Positions 8,950 to 19,077 of a stretch of DNA of 32,000 nt are shown piece by piece. The position numbers and the translations under genes are program-made. The stretch covers positions 1,542,782-1,574,781 of the forward strand of contig CAVVPY010000001.1 of NCBI GenBank assembly GCA_963750295.1, given 5' to 3'. The notes under the pieces were generated by a model. The model ran no database searches. It was not told where the DNA came from and saw nothing but the letters and a program-made list of their open reading frames with translations. The DNA is from an uncultured Actinomycetota bacterium (GTDB lineage: Bacteria; Actinomycetota; Actinomycetes; Mycobacteriales; Jatrophihabitantaceae). How positions within the stretch are numbered: position 1 is the first letter of the stretch; every line of letters begins with the position of its first letter.

Positions 8950-9576
8950 TCACGATGCGCCGGCCAGGGTGACCGCCGACCGCGTCAGCTGCGGCGTCAC
9001 CGCGTCGTCGAGTACGAACCGGGCGACGTCGTCGACGCAGACCGCGGCATGGTTGACCTCACATCCCGCCTTCGAGATCGCGACCCCACGAACACCGCCG
9101 TCGCGCACGTTGGTGCACCGCACGAGCGTCCAGTCGTCACCGCGCCCGGTGAGCTCGTCCTCCATCCGCTCCATGTCGTTGAGAATGTTGCGCAGCCGCT
9201 TCTGGACTAGGAAGCGGAGCGCGAGCCGGCGCACGATCGAGATGTTGCGACTGATCTCCACCCCGGCGCTGGACAGCGCGACGATGCGAACCCCTGGAGG
9301 GACGGCATCGAGCAGGTTGGCCATGCCGTCGGACCGGACCACGGTGGAACCCGTCCCCCGCGATCCCACCGCGAACACCACGGCGTTCACATCCGCGGGG
9401 ATCTTCCAGGTGCGCTTCTCGTCGAGGACGTCGCCGACGACGACCTGCAAGCCGGGCGCCGCGGCCAGTCGGTGCGGGTCGCGAACGATTGCGGTCACCC
9501 GGTCACCGCGCCGGAGCGCGAGATCCAACACACGACGGCCGATGCGACCGGTCGCTCCCACTATGACGATGTGCAT
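8950..9576 (-). CDS. NAD(P)H-binding protein (atypical SDR / NmrA- or BVR-B-like reductase)
   Basis: MHIVIVGATGRIGRRVLDLALRRGDRVTAIVRDP contains the Rossmann GxxGxxG motif. It is 208 aa, and a GGAGGAG RBS precedes the ATG at 9576. Confidence 0.75.
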   Translation of the reverse strand: MHIVIVGATGRIGRRVLDLALRRGDRVTAIVRDPHRLAAAPGLQVVVGDVLDEKRTWKIPADVNAVVFAVGSRGTGSTVVRSDGMANLLDAVPPGVRIVALSSAGVEISRNISIVRRLALRFLVQKRLRNILNDMERMEDELTGRGDDWTLVRCTNVRDGGVRGVAISKAGCEVNHAAVCVDDVARFVLDDAVTPQLTRSAVTLAGAS

Positions 9577-9607
9577 GACTGCTCCTCCAGGTTCGGTTCG
9601 AGATCGG

Positions 9608-10078
9608 TCAGAGAGCCGGAGTCAGCGTGGCTGCGATCACCGCGCCGACCGCTGCGATTGCAGCCCATGTACGGACCTCATGGGCAACGTGCCAGTGCAC
9701 CCGCTTGCGGTCCCACCCCTCGGCGGTGCGCCGCGGGCTCCAGCGCTCGATCTGTCGCCAGATGGGCCGGTTGAAGCCTTCGGAGGTGATGCCGACGACC
9801 ACCATGCTCACCGAGGCGAGCACGAACAACACCGTCGCGAGCGGCGTCGAAGCGATCGCTGCGGCCCAGAGGCCGACCCCCGCCGCGATGACGCCGTTCC
9901 ACACCGCGATGGGGTGGAACATGTGCATGTCGATCAATTGGCACGTCGTGACGTAGCGGTTGTAGGGCAGCGAGTCGAGCATCGGGATGATTGACGTCTT
10001 CATGATCCACAGCGTCCCGAGCTGCACGCCGGCAGCGGCGAGCAGGTAGACGGCGAGCACGGTCTGGGCGGTATTCAT
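9608..10078 (-). CDS. DUF1772 (anthrone-oxygenase-like) integral membrane protein
   Basis: 156-aa protein with ~4 TM helices. Its layout (N-terminal TM, PMLDSLPYNRY loop, HPIAVWNGVIAAGVGLWAA, C-terminal RKRVHWHVAHEVRTWAAIAAVGAVIA) is typical of DUF1772. A GGAGG RBS precedes the ATG at 10078. The family assignment is by pattern recognition only. Confidence 0.55.
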   Translation of the reverse strand: MNTAQTVLAVYLLAAAGVQLGTLWIMKTSIIPMLDSLPYNRYVTTCQLIDMHMFHPIAVWNGVIAAGVGLWAAAIASTPLATVLFVLASVSMVVVGITSEGFNRPIWRQIERWSPRRTAEGWDRKRVHWHVAHEVRTWAAIAAVGAVIAATLTPAL

Positions 10079-10109
10079 GGTGTCCTCCGGAAGCGGATGG
10101 TTTCGGTGG

Positions 10110-10448
10110 TCAGGCGGGCGTCAGCGCGACGTCGCCGCCGCGCGTCTCGGCGTGCACCTCGAAGCGCATGGACGTGGCCTCGGCCATGCACTCGCGCATC
10201 GGGCGCACAAGGGTGCGGTGCGACGGGTCGCTCTCCCACGCCTCGAAGTGGGCGAGCGAGGTCCACTCGCTGGTGATGAGCCACTGCTCCGGGTCCTGCG
10301 CCGACCGACAGACCTGATCGACCACATGCCCGTCGACGCCGTTGGCGACGACGTAGCGGATCTGCTGGTAGGCAGCCAGGAACTCGTCAGTACGTGCTGC
10401 CGGGACACGGATCAGGAAGACGATGCGGGCGCTCGCACGGTCGTTCAT
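10110..10448 (-). CDS. Antibiotic biosynthesis monooxygenase (ABM; TcmH/ActVA-Orf6-like anthrone/quinone-forming oxygenase)
   Basis: 112-aa protein (RIVFLIRVPAARTDEFLAAYQQI...WLITSEWTSLAHFEAWESDPSHR), the ABM ferredoxin-fold pattern. Its ATG at 10448 overlaps the CLF stop (ATGA). The 303-aa extension to 11021 was rejected. Confidence 0.8.
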   Translation of the reverse strand: MNDRASARIVFLIRVPAARTDEFLAAYQQIRYVVANGVDGHVVDQVCRSAQDPEQWLITSEWTSLAHFEAWESDPSHRTLVRPMRECMAEATSMRFEVHAETRGGDVALTPA

Positions 10449-11695
10449 CGGTGGGCTCCTGCCGGGTCGGCTTCGCGCGGGGCGGTCAGCACGAGCGCGG
10501 AGTTGAACCCGTCGAACCCGCGGGCCCCGACCAGTGCGGTCGTGACGGGCGCGTCGACGGTGGCCGGGACGAAGGCGAGATCGCAATCCGGCGCCGGGTC
10601 GGCCGGGACGTAGGACCCGAGCATCGCGCCGCGATCGATGCTGAGCACGGCCTCCGCGGCGTCCAGCGCGCTGCCGCCCTGGTACAGCCTGCCGATCAGC
10701 GGCTTGTGCGTGCTCACGGGCACGTCGCGTCCTCTGAAGACCGAGTGCAGCGCAGCGGCCTCTGCCTGGTCGGCGTCGGGGACTCCGGCCGCATCGGGCA
10801 CCACGACGTCGACGTCGTCGGGGGTGACGCCGGCACGTTCGAGCGCCTGCTCCATGGCGCGGGCATAGTGGTTCGGCCAGGGGGCGCCTCGGGTGCCGGT
10901 GTGCGTCCCGTCGTGGGTCGCCGCGGCGCCCGCGAGCTCGGCGTAGATGTGCGCGCCGCGCGCGATCGCGTGGTCGCGGTCCTCGACCACGAAGACCGCG
11001 CCCCCCTCGCCCGGCACCCACCCGGTGGCGTTGCGATCGAAGGGCCGGTAGACGTCGGTGGCGCCGCGACTCGTCGCCAGCCGGCCGTGCGCGAGCTGGC
11101 AGGTCAGGGCGTAGGGCGACAGCGGGGCCTCGACGGCGCCCGCAAGCACGATCGGCGTTCCCCGGCGGACCGTCCGGGCGGCATGGGCCAGGCTGTCGAG
11201 CCCGCCGGCCGCCTCGGACACCACGACGGAACTCGGCCCCTTGGCCTGGTATGCGATCGAGACCTGCCCGACCGTGGCCGCGTAGAACCAGGCGATCGAT
11301 TGGTAGGCGCCGACGGTGCGTGCCGGGTCGGCCCAGAGTCGTTGCAGTTCGACCTGACCGAACTCGTTGCCTGCACTGGAGCTGGCCATGACGACGGCAA
11401 CGTCCGTCGGCGGGTGCTCGGACAGGTCCAGTTCGGCGTCACGCAGCGCCTGCCCGGTTGCCGACAGCCCGAGCCACGTCCAGCGGTCGGTCTGCACCGC
11501 GATCCGGCTTTCCACGTGCGACCGGACGTCCTCGCGGACTTCGCCGGCGACCTGGAGCGGATACTGGTCGGCGTCGAACCGGGTGATCCGGTCGATGCAG
11601 GATCGGCCCGCGGACACGGTGTCCCAGTGCTCGGCCGCGCCCGCACCGCTCGGGGCCAGGATCCCCACGCCGGTGATGACGGCTCCGGCGCTCAT
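10445..11695 (-). CDS. Type II PKS chain-length factor (KS-beta/CLF), with Ala at the conserved Gln position
   Basis: [24 protein letters not shown]...[40 protein letters not shown]...[15 protein letters not shown]...[11 protein letters not shown]. It has no active-site Cys, and its ATG at 11695 overlaps the KS-alpha stop (ATGA). Confidence 0.9.
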   Translation of the reverse strand: MSAGAVITGVGILAPSGAGAAEHWDTVSAGRSCIDRITRFDADQYPLQVAGEVREDVRSHVESRIAVQTDRWTWLGLSATGQALRDAELDLSEHPPTDVAVVMASSSAGNEFGQVELQRLWADPARTVGAYQSIAWFYAATVGQVSIAYQAKGPSSVVVSEAAGGLDSLAHAARTVRRGTPIVLAGAVEAPLSPYALTCQLAHGRLATSRGATDVYRPFDRNATGWVPGEGGAVFVVEDRDHAIARGAHIYAELAGAAATHDGTHTGTRGAPWPNHYARAMEQALERAGVTPDDVDVVVPDAAGVPDADQAEAAALHSVFRGRDVPVSTHKPLIGRLYQGGSALDAAEAVLSIDRGAMLGSYVPADPAPDCDLAFVPATVDAPVTTALVGARGFDGFNSALVLTAPREADPAGAHR

Positions 11696-12966
11696 CGCGA
11701 GCCTCCCAGCGCGGTGAAGATCATCGCGGACTGGAAGCCACCGAAGCCGCTGCCGACGGACAGCGCTGCCCGTACCGACCACTCGCGTGCAGTGACCGGG
11801 ACGTAGTCGAGGTCGCACTCGGGATCGGCCACGGCGAGATTCGCCGTGGGCGGCACCACGCCGTACTCGACGGCGAGAGCGCAGGCGGCCATCTCGATGG
11901 AGCCGATCGCGCCCAGCGAGTGCCCGATCATCGACTTGATCGAACTCATCGGCGTCCGGTAGGCGTGTTCGCCCAGCGAGCGCTTGACCGCCGCCGTCTC
12001 GTGCCGATCGTTCTGCTTGGTTCCTGATCCGTGCGCGCTGATGTAGGAGATCTCGTCGGGATTGAGCCGCGCCTGGTGCAGCGCCTCGTCGATCGCCAGC
12101 GACATCTCCACGCCATCCGGACGAAGCCCCGTCATGTGGTAGGCGTTGCCACGACCGGCGTAACCGGCCACCTCGCAGTAGATGTGCGCGCCGCGTGCCC
12201 TCGCGTGCTCGTACTCCTCGAGAACCAGGACGGCGGCCCCCTCGCCCATCACGAAGCCGGACCGCCTCCGGTCGAACGGCTTCGAGGCGTGCTCGGGGTC
12301 GTCGTTGTCGGGCGTGGTCGCCCGGATCGCGTCGAACGAGGCGGCCGAGATCGGCGAGATCGGCGAATCGGACGCGCCGGCGATCACCACGTCCGCCTCA
12401 CCGTCCTGCACGAGGTGATGGGCGTAGCCGATCGCGTCGATGCCAGACGTGCATCCGTTCGAGACGACCTGAACCGGGCCGTGGGCGCCGAACCTGACCG
12501 CGACGTCGGCGGCCAGACTCGACGGCACGAGCGCCTGGTACAGGAAGCGCCCGGCGTAGTCGGCGTCCACCAGCCAGTCCCGGCCGCGGTCGCTGACGAC
12601 GACGAACTCGTCCTCGAGGCGCGTGGTGCCGCCGACGGCCGTGCCCAGGACGACCCCGGTGGACAGCGCGGTCGCCCCGTCGAACTCGAGCCCACTGTCC
12701 TCGACCGCTTCGAGCGCACCGGCCAGCGCGAACTGGATGTAGCGGTCCGAGCGGGCGACCTCGCGCGGTGACAAGCCGGCCTCGGCCGGGTCGAAGTCGC
12801 ACTCGGCACCGACCTGCGAGCGGAACGGCGCCGGGTCGAACAGCGAGATCCGCCTGGTTGCGGTACGTCCCTCGGTGATCGTCGACCAGAAGGCCTTGCG
12901 ATTCACCCCGCCCGGCGCGACGACGCCGACGCCGGTGACGACCGTGCGCCGGTTGTCGACCGTCAC
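11692..12966 (-). CDS. Type II PKS ketosynthase alpha (KS-alpha)
   Basis: [14 protein letters not shown]. The active site is [15 protein letters not shown], and the catalytic His motifs are [16 protein letters not shown] and [14 protein letters not shown]. The GTG start at 12966 overlaps the cupin stop (GTGA). Confidence 0.95.
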   Translation of the reverse strand: MTVDNRRTVVTGVGVVAPGGVNRKAFWSTITEGRTATRRISLFDPAPFRSQVGAECDFDPAEAGLSPREVARSDRYIQFALAGALEAVEDSGLEFDGATALSTGVVLGTAVGGTTRLEDEFVVVSDRGRDWLVDADYAGRFLYQALVPSSLAADVAVRFGAHGPVQVVSNGCTSGIDAIGYAHHLVQDGEADVVIAGASDSPISPISAASFDAIRATTPDNDDPEHASKPFDRRRSGFVMGEGAAVLVLEEYEHARARGAHIYCEVAGYAGRGNAYHMTGLRPDGVEMSLAIDEALHQARLNPDEISYISAHGSGTKQNDRHETAAVKRSLGEHAYRTPMSSIKSMIGHSLGAIGSIEMAACALAVEYGVVPPTANLAVADPECDLDYVPVTAREWSVRAALSVGSGFGGFQSAMIFTALGGSR

Positions 12967-13385
12967 GGCGTCACCGCCTGGGCCATGAGCGCCGCGGCCT
13001 CCTCCTTGGTCTCGGTGTCGACGTGACCCAGGTCGGGGCGGGGTGCGAGCGGGCCGCAGTGGAACACGGCGCGCGCAGTCGTTGCGTGCGGGTTGCGCAG
13101 CCGGTGCCGGACGAATTTCGGCACCATCACGGCCTCGTCGACCTCGAGTCGGCGCGACTCGCCGTCGAGGTCGATATCGAGGGTGCCCTCGATGACGCAG
13201 AGGAACTCCTCCGAGTACGGGTGGTAGTGCTCGGCCACCGCCTCGCCGGGCTCGACGATGACGATGCCCATGAACCCGGACGTGCTGGCGACAGTTGCCG
13301 GGCCGAGCAGGACGCGGACGTCTCCGCCGCGGCGCGTGTTGTGCGGCGCGGACGAGAGCCCGACGGTCGGGACGGTGGTCGACAT
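12963..13385 (-). CDS. Cupin-fold polyketide accessory protein (TcmJ / WhiE-ORFII-like)
   Basis: 140-aa protein with a cupin core ([40 protein letters not shown]...[13 protein letters not shown]). It lies immediately 5' of KS-alpha, as in the tcm and whiE clusters. A GAGAGG RBS precedes the start. Confidence 0.8.
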   Translation of the reverse strand: MSTTVPTVGLSSAPHNTRRGGDVRVLLGPATVASTSGFMGIVIVEPGEAVAEHYHPYSEEFLCVIEGTLDIDLDGESRRLEVDEAVMVPKFVRHRLRNPHATTARAVFHCGPLAPRPDLGHVDTETKEEAAALMAQAVTP

Positions 13386-13400
13386 GATGGTGTGCCTCTC

Positions 13401-14118
<718 letters not shown>

Positions 14119-14122
<4 letters not shown>

Positions 14123-15483
14123 GCTGCTTCCTCCTTTGGGTTGCACATCCGGTCGACGAGACCGGTGCTGTGGGTTGCCGTGCTGAACTGTGGATGCGCG
14201 AGAACGTCACGCAGGAACGGGATCGTGGTGCGGACGCCCGGACCGTCGACGGCGAACTCGGCCAGCGCGCGGTCCATCCGGTCGATGGCCTGGACCCGGT
14301 CCGGGGCCCAGGTCACCACCTTCGCGATGAGCGAGTCGTAATGGGGACCGAGGACGTAGCCGGGGTAGGCATGCGTGTCCACGCGGATGAAGGGACCGCC
14401 CGGTACGTCGAAGCGCTCGAGCCGGCCGGGCGTGGGCAGGAAACCGCGCGCGGGATCCTCGCCGTTGACGCGGCATTCGACGGCGTGCCCGGCGAAGGTG
14501 ACATCGGCCTGGCGGTAGGGCAACGGCCGTCCGGCAGCGGCGAGGATCTGCTCCCGGACGAGGTCGAAGCCGGTGATCATCTCGGTGACCGTGTGCTCGA
14601 CCTGGATGCGGGTGTTGATCTCCATGAAGTAGTAGCGGCCCTGGCCGTCGAGCAGGAACTCGAACGTCCCGACGCCGGTGTAACCGACGGCGAGGGCCGC
14701 CCGCAGCGCAGCCTCGTTGATTTCGCGCGAGGTCTCGGGCGACAGGTCCGGAGCGGGCGCCTCCTCGACGAGCTTCTGGTGGCGTCGCTGGACCGAGCAG
14801 TCGCGCGTACCCAGCCAGACGCCGTTCCCGTGCTCGTCGCACAGAACCTGCACCTCGATGTGCCGCGCGTCGGCCAGGTAGCGCTCGGCGTACACGCGCT
14901 CGTCGCCGAACACCGAGGCCGCCGTACTGCGGGCCCGAGTGAATGCCTCGGTCAGGTTCTCGCGACGCTCGACGACCGCCATCCCCTTGCCGCCGCCGCC
15001 GGCCACCGCCTTGATGATGACGGGGAACCCGATCTCGTCGACGACCTCGTGCAATTGCGCCGCACCGGTCAGCGGCTCGACCACGCCGGGCAGAAGGGGA
15101 AGCCCCTCGGCCGACATGATCTGCCGCGCGGCGGACTTGTCGCCGAGGCGTCCGATCAGGCCAGGCTCGGGGCCGATGAACGTCAGCCCGTACTCGGCGC
15201 ACATCTCAGCGAAGTCAGGATCCTCGGAGAGGAACCCATAGCCCGGATGGACGCCGTCTGCGCCGGTCTGCAACGCGGCCTCGACGACCGCGGCGTGATT
15301 CTGGTAGCTGCGACGGCTGGGGGCCGGCCCGATGTGCACGACGTGGTCGAAGTGCCGCGCCTGCCTCGGGTCGAGGTCGGGCGTGGACGCGACCCCGACG
15401 GTCTCGATGCCCATCTCGGCGCACGTCCGGGCCACCCGCAGCGCGATCTCGCCGCGGTTGGCGATGAGGATCCGCTCGAACAC
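14119..15483 (-). CDS. accC: Biotin carboxylase subunit of acetyl-CoA carboxylase (stand-alone AccC type)
   Basis: (M)FERILIANRGEIALRVARTC...GYGFLSE...PVIIKAVAGGGGKGMAVV...YFMEINTRIQVEHTVTE. It is 454 aa with no fused BCCP. The GTG start lies 3 nt after the BCCP stop. Confidence 0.9.
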
Positions 15484-15486
15484 GGC

Positions 15487-16056
15487 TCAGCCCTCCTCGA
15501 CCGAATCGGGACGGATGCGCACCAGCGGCTGGTCGAACTCGACCGGGGCACCATCGCCGACGAGGACGTCGAGGACCTCACCGGAGATCTCGGCCTCGAT
15601 GTTGTTCAGCAGTTTCATCGCCTCGACGATCCCGATGGTCTGGCCGGCCGCGACGCACTGGCCGACCTCGACGAACGGCGGCTCACCGGGGCTCGGGGCG
15701 CGGTAGAACGTCCCGACCATCGGGGACCTGACGGCGACACCATCGACCGACACGTCCTCGGGGACGACCGTCGGCTGAGCAGCGACAACGTGCGGGGACA
15801 CGGCTTCCACCGGGACCGCGGGCGCCACCGATGGGACCGGCACGGCGACAGCCGCCGTGGTGCCGAAACCGCCGACGGGAGCAGGCGCAGGATGTTCCCA
15901 CTCGACCTCGACGACGACGTCGCCCGACGACAGCCGCACACGACGCAGCGGTCCGTCCACGTCCTGGGCGAGAGCACGCAACTCCTCGCCCAGGCGCAGC
16001 AGCGCGTCCTGCTCGCCGGCGTTGCTCGCTCGGTTCTCCGCCGTCGCGGTCATCAC
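15487..16056 (-). CDS. accB: Biotin carboxyl carrier protein (AccB type)
   Basis: The C-terminal biotinyl domain is [51 protein letters not shown] (biotin-Lys in EAMKL). An Ala/Pro/Val-rich linker precedes it. The start is GTG 16056 (GTGA overlap) or ATG 16053. Confidence 0.9.
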   Translation of the reverse strand: MMTATAENRASNAGEQDALLRLGEELRALAQDVDGPLRRVRLSSGDVVVEVEWEHPAPAPVGGFGTTAAVAVPVPSVAPAVPVEAVSPHVVAAQPTVVPEDVSVDGVAVRSPMVGTFYRAPSPGEPPFVEVGQCVAAGQTIGIVEAMKLLNNIEAEISGEVLDVLVGDGAPVEFDQPLVRIRPDSVEEG

Positions 16057-17795
16057 GCCACCGCTTCCTCGGGATCGGTCGAGAGTGCAGCCGCGCCGTC
16101 GTGGACCACGGTCACGGCGATGTCACCGGTATCCCGGAACCGGGCGCGGCGCACGCGCACCAGCGTGGCGCTGTCCTGCGCGCACAGGACGTCGATGGCT
16201 CGCGACACCGCGGCGTGCAGACTCGACACCATCGCAGTCGGATCGAGCGCGCTCCCCCGACCGTCGACGTCCGGCTCGGGCAGCACCCCGTCGATGACGC
16301 CCAGCTCGAGCAGTTCGCGGGCGCTGATGTGCAACGCCCGAGCGGCCTCCGGCGCCTTCGCCGCGTCGGACCACAGGATGGCCGAACAACCCTCCGGACT
16401 GATCACCGAGTAGACGGAGTGCTCGAACATGAACACGCGGTCGGCGACAGCGAGCGCCAGCGCACCACCGCTCCCGCCCTCGCCGGTCACGACGGTGACA
16501 ACCGGAACCCGCAGCTCGAACATCGCGGCGATGCTGTCGGCGATGGCGAAGGACTGTCCGCGTTCCTCGGCGACCCGCCCGGGGTACGCGCCCGGGGTGT
16601 CGACCAGGGTGACGATCGGCAGGCCCAACTGGTCGGCCAGGCGCATCAGCCGCAGCGCCTTGCGGTACCCGTCGGCGTCGGGCATCCCGAACTGGCGCGC
16701 GACGAGCTCGCGCGTCGAATGACCCTTCTGATGGCCGATGACCATGACCGCGCGGCCGTCCAGTTGGGCAAAGCCGCCGACAATGGCGGGGCAGTCGGAG
16801 TTGCTGCGGTCACCATGGAGTTCGACGAAGCCGGTGAAGACGTGCGAGAGGTAGTCCAGAGTGGTCGGCCGGTCGGTGTTTCTCGCCTGGGCGACTACGG
16901 CCCACGGGTCGACGACGCGGACGTGCTCAGGGGCGGTGATCACACCGTCGCCCGTGTCGACACGTCTCGGACCGCGAGCCGGGCGCGCGGTCACCGTCTG
17001 CAGCAGCCGGGCGAGCCACGGGCGCAGTTCGTGCCGGTGCACAACCTGATCGACGTGGCCGTGCTCGAGCAGGAACGGGGCGGTCTGGAAGTCCTCGGGC
17101 AGGTGCTCGCGGATCGTCTGGGCAATCACGCGACGCCCCGCGAAGCCCATCCGTGCGTCCTTCTCGGCGACGACGACGTCGCAACTGGTGGCGAAGGATG
17201 CAGCGACCCCGCCGAAGGTCGGATCGGCGACCACGCTGACGGTGAGCAGCCCGGCCTCGCGCAGCGCGACGAGCGCTTGGCTGACCTTCGCCATCTGCAG
17301 CAGCGCAATCGTGCCCTCCTGCATGCGCGCCCCGCCTGACGACGTGACCAGCACCAGTTGGCGATGCTCGTCGACGCACAACTCGGCGACCCGGGTGATC
17401 GCCTCGCCGACGGCCGCGCCGAGACTGCCGCCCATGAAGTCGAACTCCATCACCGCGATGCCGATCGCCACGCCCCCGAGGTCGGCGCGGCCGGCCAGCA
17501 CCGCGTCGTCGAGGCCGGTGCTGCGACGCGCGGATTCGAGCCGGTCCCGGTACGGCTTCGAATCGACGAAGCCCAGCACGTCGGTGGCGCGCACTCGCTC
17601 GGCCAGGGGTTCGAAAGTCCCGGAGTCAACCAGCGTCTCGACGCGGCGCGCCGCGCTGAGGCGGCAGTGCCGGTCGCACTCGGGGCAGACCGCGAGGTTG
17701 CGGCGCCACCGCTTGCCGTAGTGCAGCGCGCCGCAGCCAGCGCAGCGGATCCACGCCTCGGTCGAGGATTCGGGTCGAGCTTGCAGCGCGGTCAT
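16053..17795 (-). CDS. Acetyl-CoA carboxylase carboxyltransferase, fused beta-alpha (AccD-AccA) polypeptide
   Basis: The N-terminal AccD half has a Zn ribbon ([27 protein letters not shown]) and [11 protein letters not shown]. The C-terminal AccA half has [27 protein letters not shown] and [13 protein letters not shown]. It is 580 aa from the ATG at 17795, which overlaps the TcmI-like stop (ATGA). The 733-aa extension to 18254 was rejected. Confidence 0.9.
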   Translation of the reverse strand: MTALQARPESSTEAWIRCAGCGALHYGKRWRRNLAVCPECDRHCRLSAARRVETLVDSGTFEPLAERVRATDVLGFVDSKPYRDRLESARRSTGLDDAVLAGRADLGGVAIGIAVMEFDFMGGSLGAAVGEAITRVAELCVDEHRQLVLVTSSGGARMQEGTIALLQMAKVSQALVALREAGLLTVSVVADPTFGGVAASFATSCDVVVAEKDARMGFAGRRVIAQTIREHLPEDFQTAPFLLEHGHVDQVVHRHELRPWLARLLQTVTARPARGPRRVDTGDGVITAPEHVRVVDPWAVVAQARNTDRPTTLDYLSHVFTGFVELHGDRSNSDCPAIVGGFAQLDGRAVMVIGHQKGHSTRELVARQFGMPDADGYRKALRLMRLADQLGLPIVTLVDTPGAYPGRVAEERGQSFAIADSIAAMFELRVPVVTVVTGEGGSGGALALAVADRVFMFEHSVYSVISPEGCSAILWSDAAKAPEAARALHISARELLELGVIDGVLPEPDVDGRGSALDPTAMVSSLHAAVSRAIDVLCAQDSATLVRVRRARFRDTGDIAVTVVHDGAAALSTDPEEAVA

Positions 17796-18124
17796 ACCAG
17801 CTGCCCTCCGGGGGTCCAGTCGTAGAAGCAGCGAGCCTGGGCGTCCGCCGGGGACTGCCAGTTCTCCAGGTAGGGGCTGATGTGCGGGCGCAGCGCCTCG
17901 CTCACCCGTGCGAACTCGGCGTGGGTGCGGACGGACTCGACGGCCTGGGCGCCGGGACGTTCGGTCTCGAGCAGGTGCACGTACAGGTCGGACAGGCGGT
18001 AGAGCGAGCGACGTCGCACCCCGGCGATGTTTGGCAGTTCGGTCGAGTCGGAATCGCCGAAGATGCGGGCGACCTCGGCCTCCGAGTCCGGCTTGATGCG
18101 GGCGATGATCAGCGATCGGTTCAT
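17792..18124 (-). CDS. TcmI-family polyketide cyclase (WhiE-ORFVII-like), first gene of the PKS operon
   Basis: MNRSLIIARIKPDSEAEVARIFGDSDSTELPNIAGVRRRSLYRLSDLYVHLLE...CFYDWTP is collinear with TcmI (recalled: ...AEHDTTELPLEIGVRRRVLFRFHDLYMHLIE...VFYSWT). ATG at 18124. Confidence 0.9.
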   Translation of the reverse strand: MNRSLIIARIKPDSEAEVARIFGDSDSTELPNIAGVRRRSLYRLSDLYVHLLETERPGAQAVESVRTHAEFARVSEALRPHISPYLENWQSPADAQARCFYDWTPGGQLV

Positions 18125-18248
18125 CTGGGCCTCTCGTGACTCTGCGGTGGCGCCGGGGGCGGCTGCGCTCCGAATCGGGTGCTGAACCAATCTGCGAGGG
18201 GAGGTGTCCCGACGTCGTGATGTACCGATCACCGCAGCGCTGGGAAGT

Positions 18249-18274
18249 GGTCACGTGCCCTGGTCAGGTCACGT
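18249..18274 (-). promoter_or_regulatory. Candidate operator: three GGTCA half-sites / duplicated GGTCACGT upstream of the PKS operon
   Basis: The plus strand reads GGTCACGTgccctGGTCAGGTCACGT (18249-18274), 125-150 nt upstream of the TcmI-like start codon. It also contains the CACGTG palindrome at 18252-18257. Confidence 0.3.
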
Positions 18275-18370
18275 CCCGGCCGATGGCATCGCTTCGGGGG
18301 TTAGGCGGGGACGCGATCCAGGACGTGGCACCGGAAACCACGGAGAACCCCGCACGGACGGCAGGGAACA

Positions 18371-18390
18371 TCACCGCGCGTCGGCGGTGA
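18371..18390 (-). terminator. Candidate stem-loop just downstream of the response-regulator stop
   Basis: TCACCGC-gcgtcg-GCGGTGA is a perfect 7-bp stem, 16-35 nt after the TAG at 18406-18408. Only a weak T-run follows on the minus strand (TGTTCC). Confidence 0.3.
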
Positions 18391-18405
18391 GCAGGTCAGG
18401 CGCTA

Positions 18406-19077
18406 CTAGCTGCCGAGGCCCTGACGGCGGGCCAGGACCGCGGCCTCGGTGCGGTCGACCAGTTGCAGCTTGGTGAAGATGCGCGAGAGGTAGTTGCGTA
18501 CCGTCTTGATGGAGAGTCCGAGCTCCTTGGCGATCGCCGCATTGCCGCGACCGTCGGCCACAAGTTCGAGCACCGCCCGCTCGCGCTCGGTGAGTTCGGG
18601 GAACGGCTTGGCCGTGTTCGGTGGGGCGACCAGGTGTTCGATGACCCAGTTCCCAGCCTGCGAGTCGAACTGCAGCCCGCCGTACTGGACGGTCTCGATC
18701 GCTCGGCAGATGTCCTCGATCGAGGAGCCCTTGAGCAGGTATCCCCTGGCACCAGCGCGCACCGCAGACATGAATACGTCGCGATCGTCGCTCATGGTCA
18801 CGACGATCACCGAAATCGACGGGAAGCGGGAATGGATGATCCGCGTGGCCTCGATGCCGGTCATGTCGGGCAGGTGAACGTCCATGAGCACGAGGTCCGG
18901 ACGGGTACGGTCGCACTCCCGAACCGCCTCGGCGCCGGACCCGGCTTCGGCGACGACGCGCAACTGCGCCTGGGCATCGAGCAGCGACCGCAGTCCTGAC
19001 CGGAAGACGGGGTGGTCGTCGGCGACAAGGATCTCGATCACCTCGGAGTCCCGCTCGGCTCCTACCGTTCTGGTCAT
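18406..19077 (-). CDS. Two-component response regulator, NarL/LuxR family
   Basis: The receiver domain is ILVADDHPVFRSGLRSLL...DLVLMDVHLPDMTGIEA...VIVVTMSDD. The C-terminal LuxR HTH is LTERERAVLELVADGRGNAAIAKELGLSIKTVRNYLSRIFTKLQL. The ATG at 19077 overlaps the kinase stop (ATGA). Confidence 0.9.
   Translation of the reverse strand: MTRTVGAERDSEVIEILVADDHPVFRSGLRSLLDAQAQLRVVAEAGSGAEAVRECDRTRPDLVLMDVHLPDMTGIEATRIIHSRFPSISVIVVTMSDDRDVFMSAVRAGARGYLLKGSSIEDICRAIETVQYGGLQFDSQAGNWVIEHLVAPPNTAKPFPELTERERAVLELVADGRGNAAIAKELGLSIKTVRNYLSRIFTKLQLVDRTEAAVLARRQGLGS

Noticed and set aside
10394-11806. 470-aa plus-strand ORF (the 15831..17339 plus-strand ORF was rejected on the same grounds)
   Set aside because: Both are antisense to the CLF and to the carboxyltransferase respectively. 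They have Arg/Gly/Asp-rich composition, and the opposite strand encodes clearly homologous proteins.
14170-16413. 747-aa plus-strand ORF
   Set aside because: It is antisense to biotin carboxylase, BCCP and the carboxyltransferase, all of which carry unmistakable motifs. Its product is low-complexity and rich in Arg, Asp and Gly.
17796-18254. N-terminal extension making the carboxyltransferase 733 aa
   Set aside because: The extension is Arg/Pro-rich and reads through the TcmI-like cyclase gene in another frame. The ATG at 17795 forms an ATGA overlap with the cyclase stop and gives a normal AccD N-terminus just ahead of the Zn ribbon.
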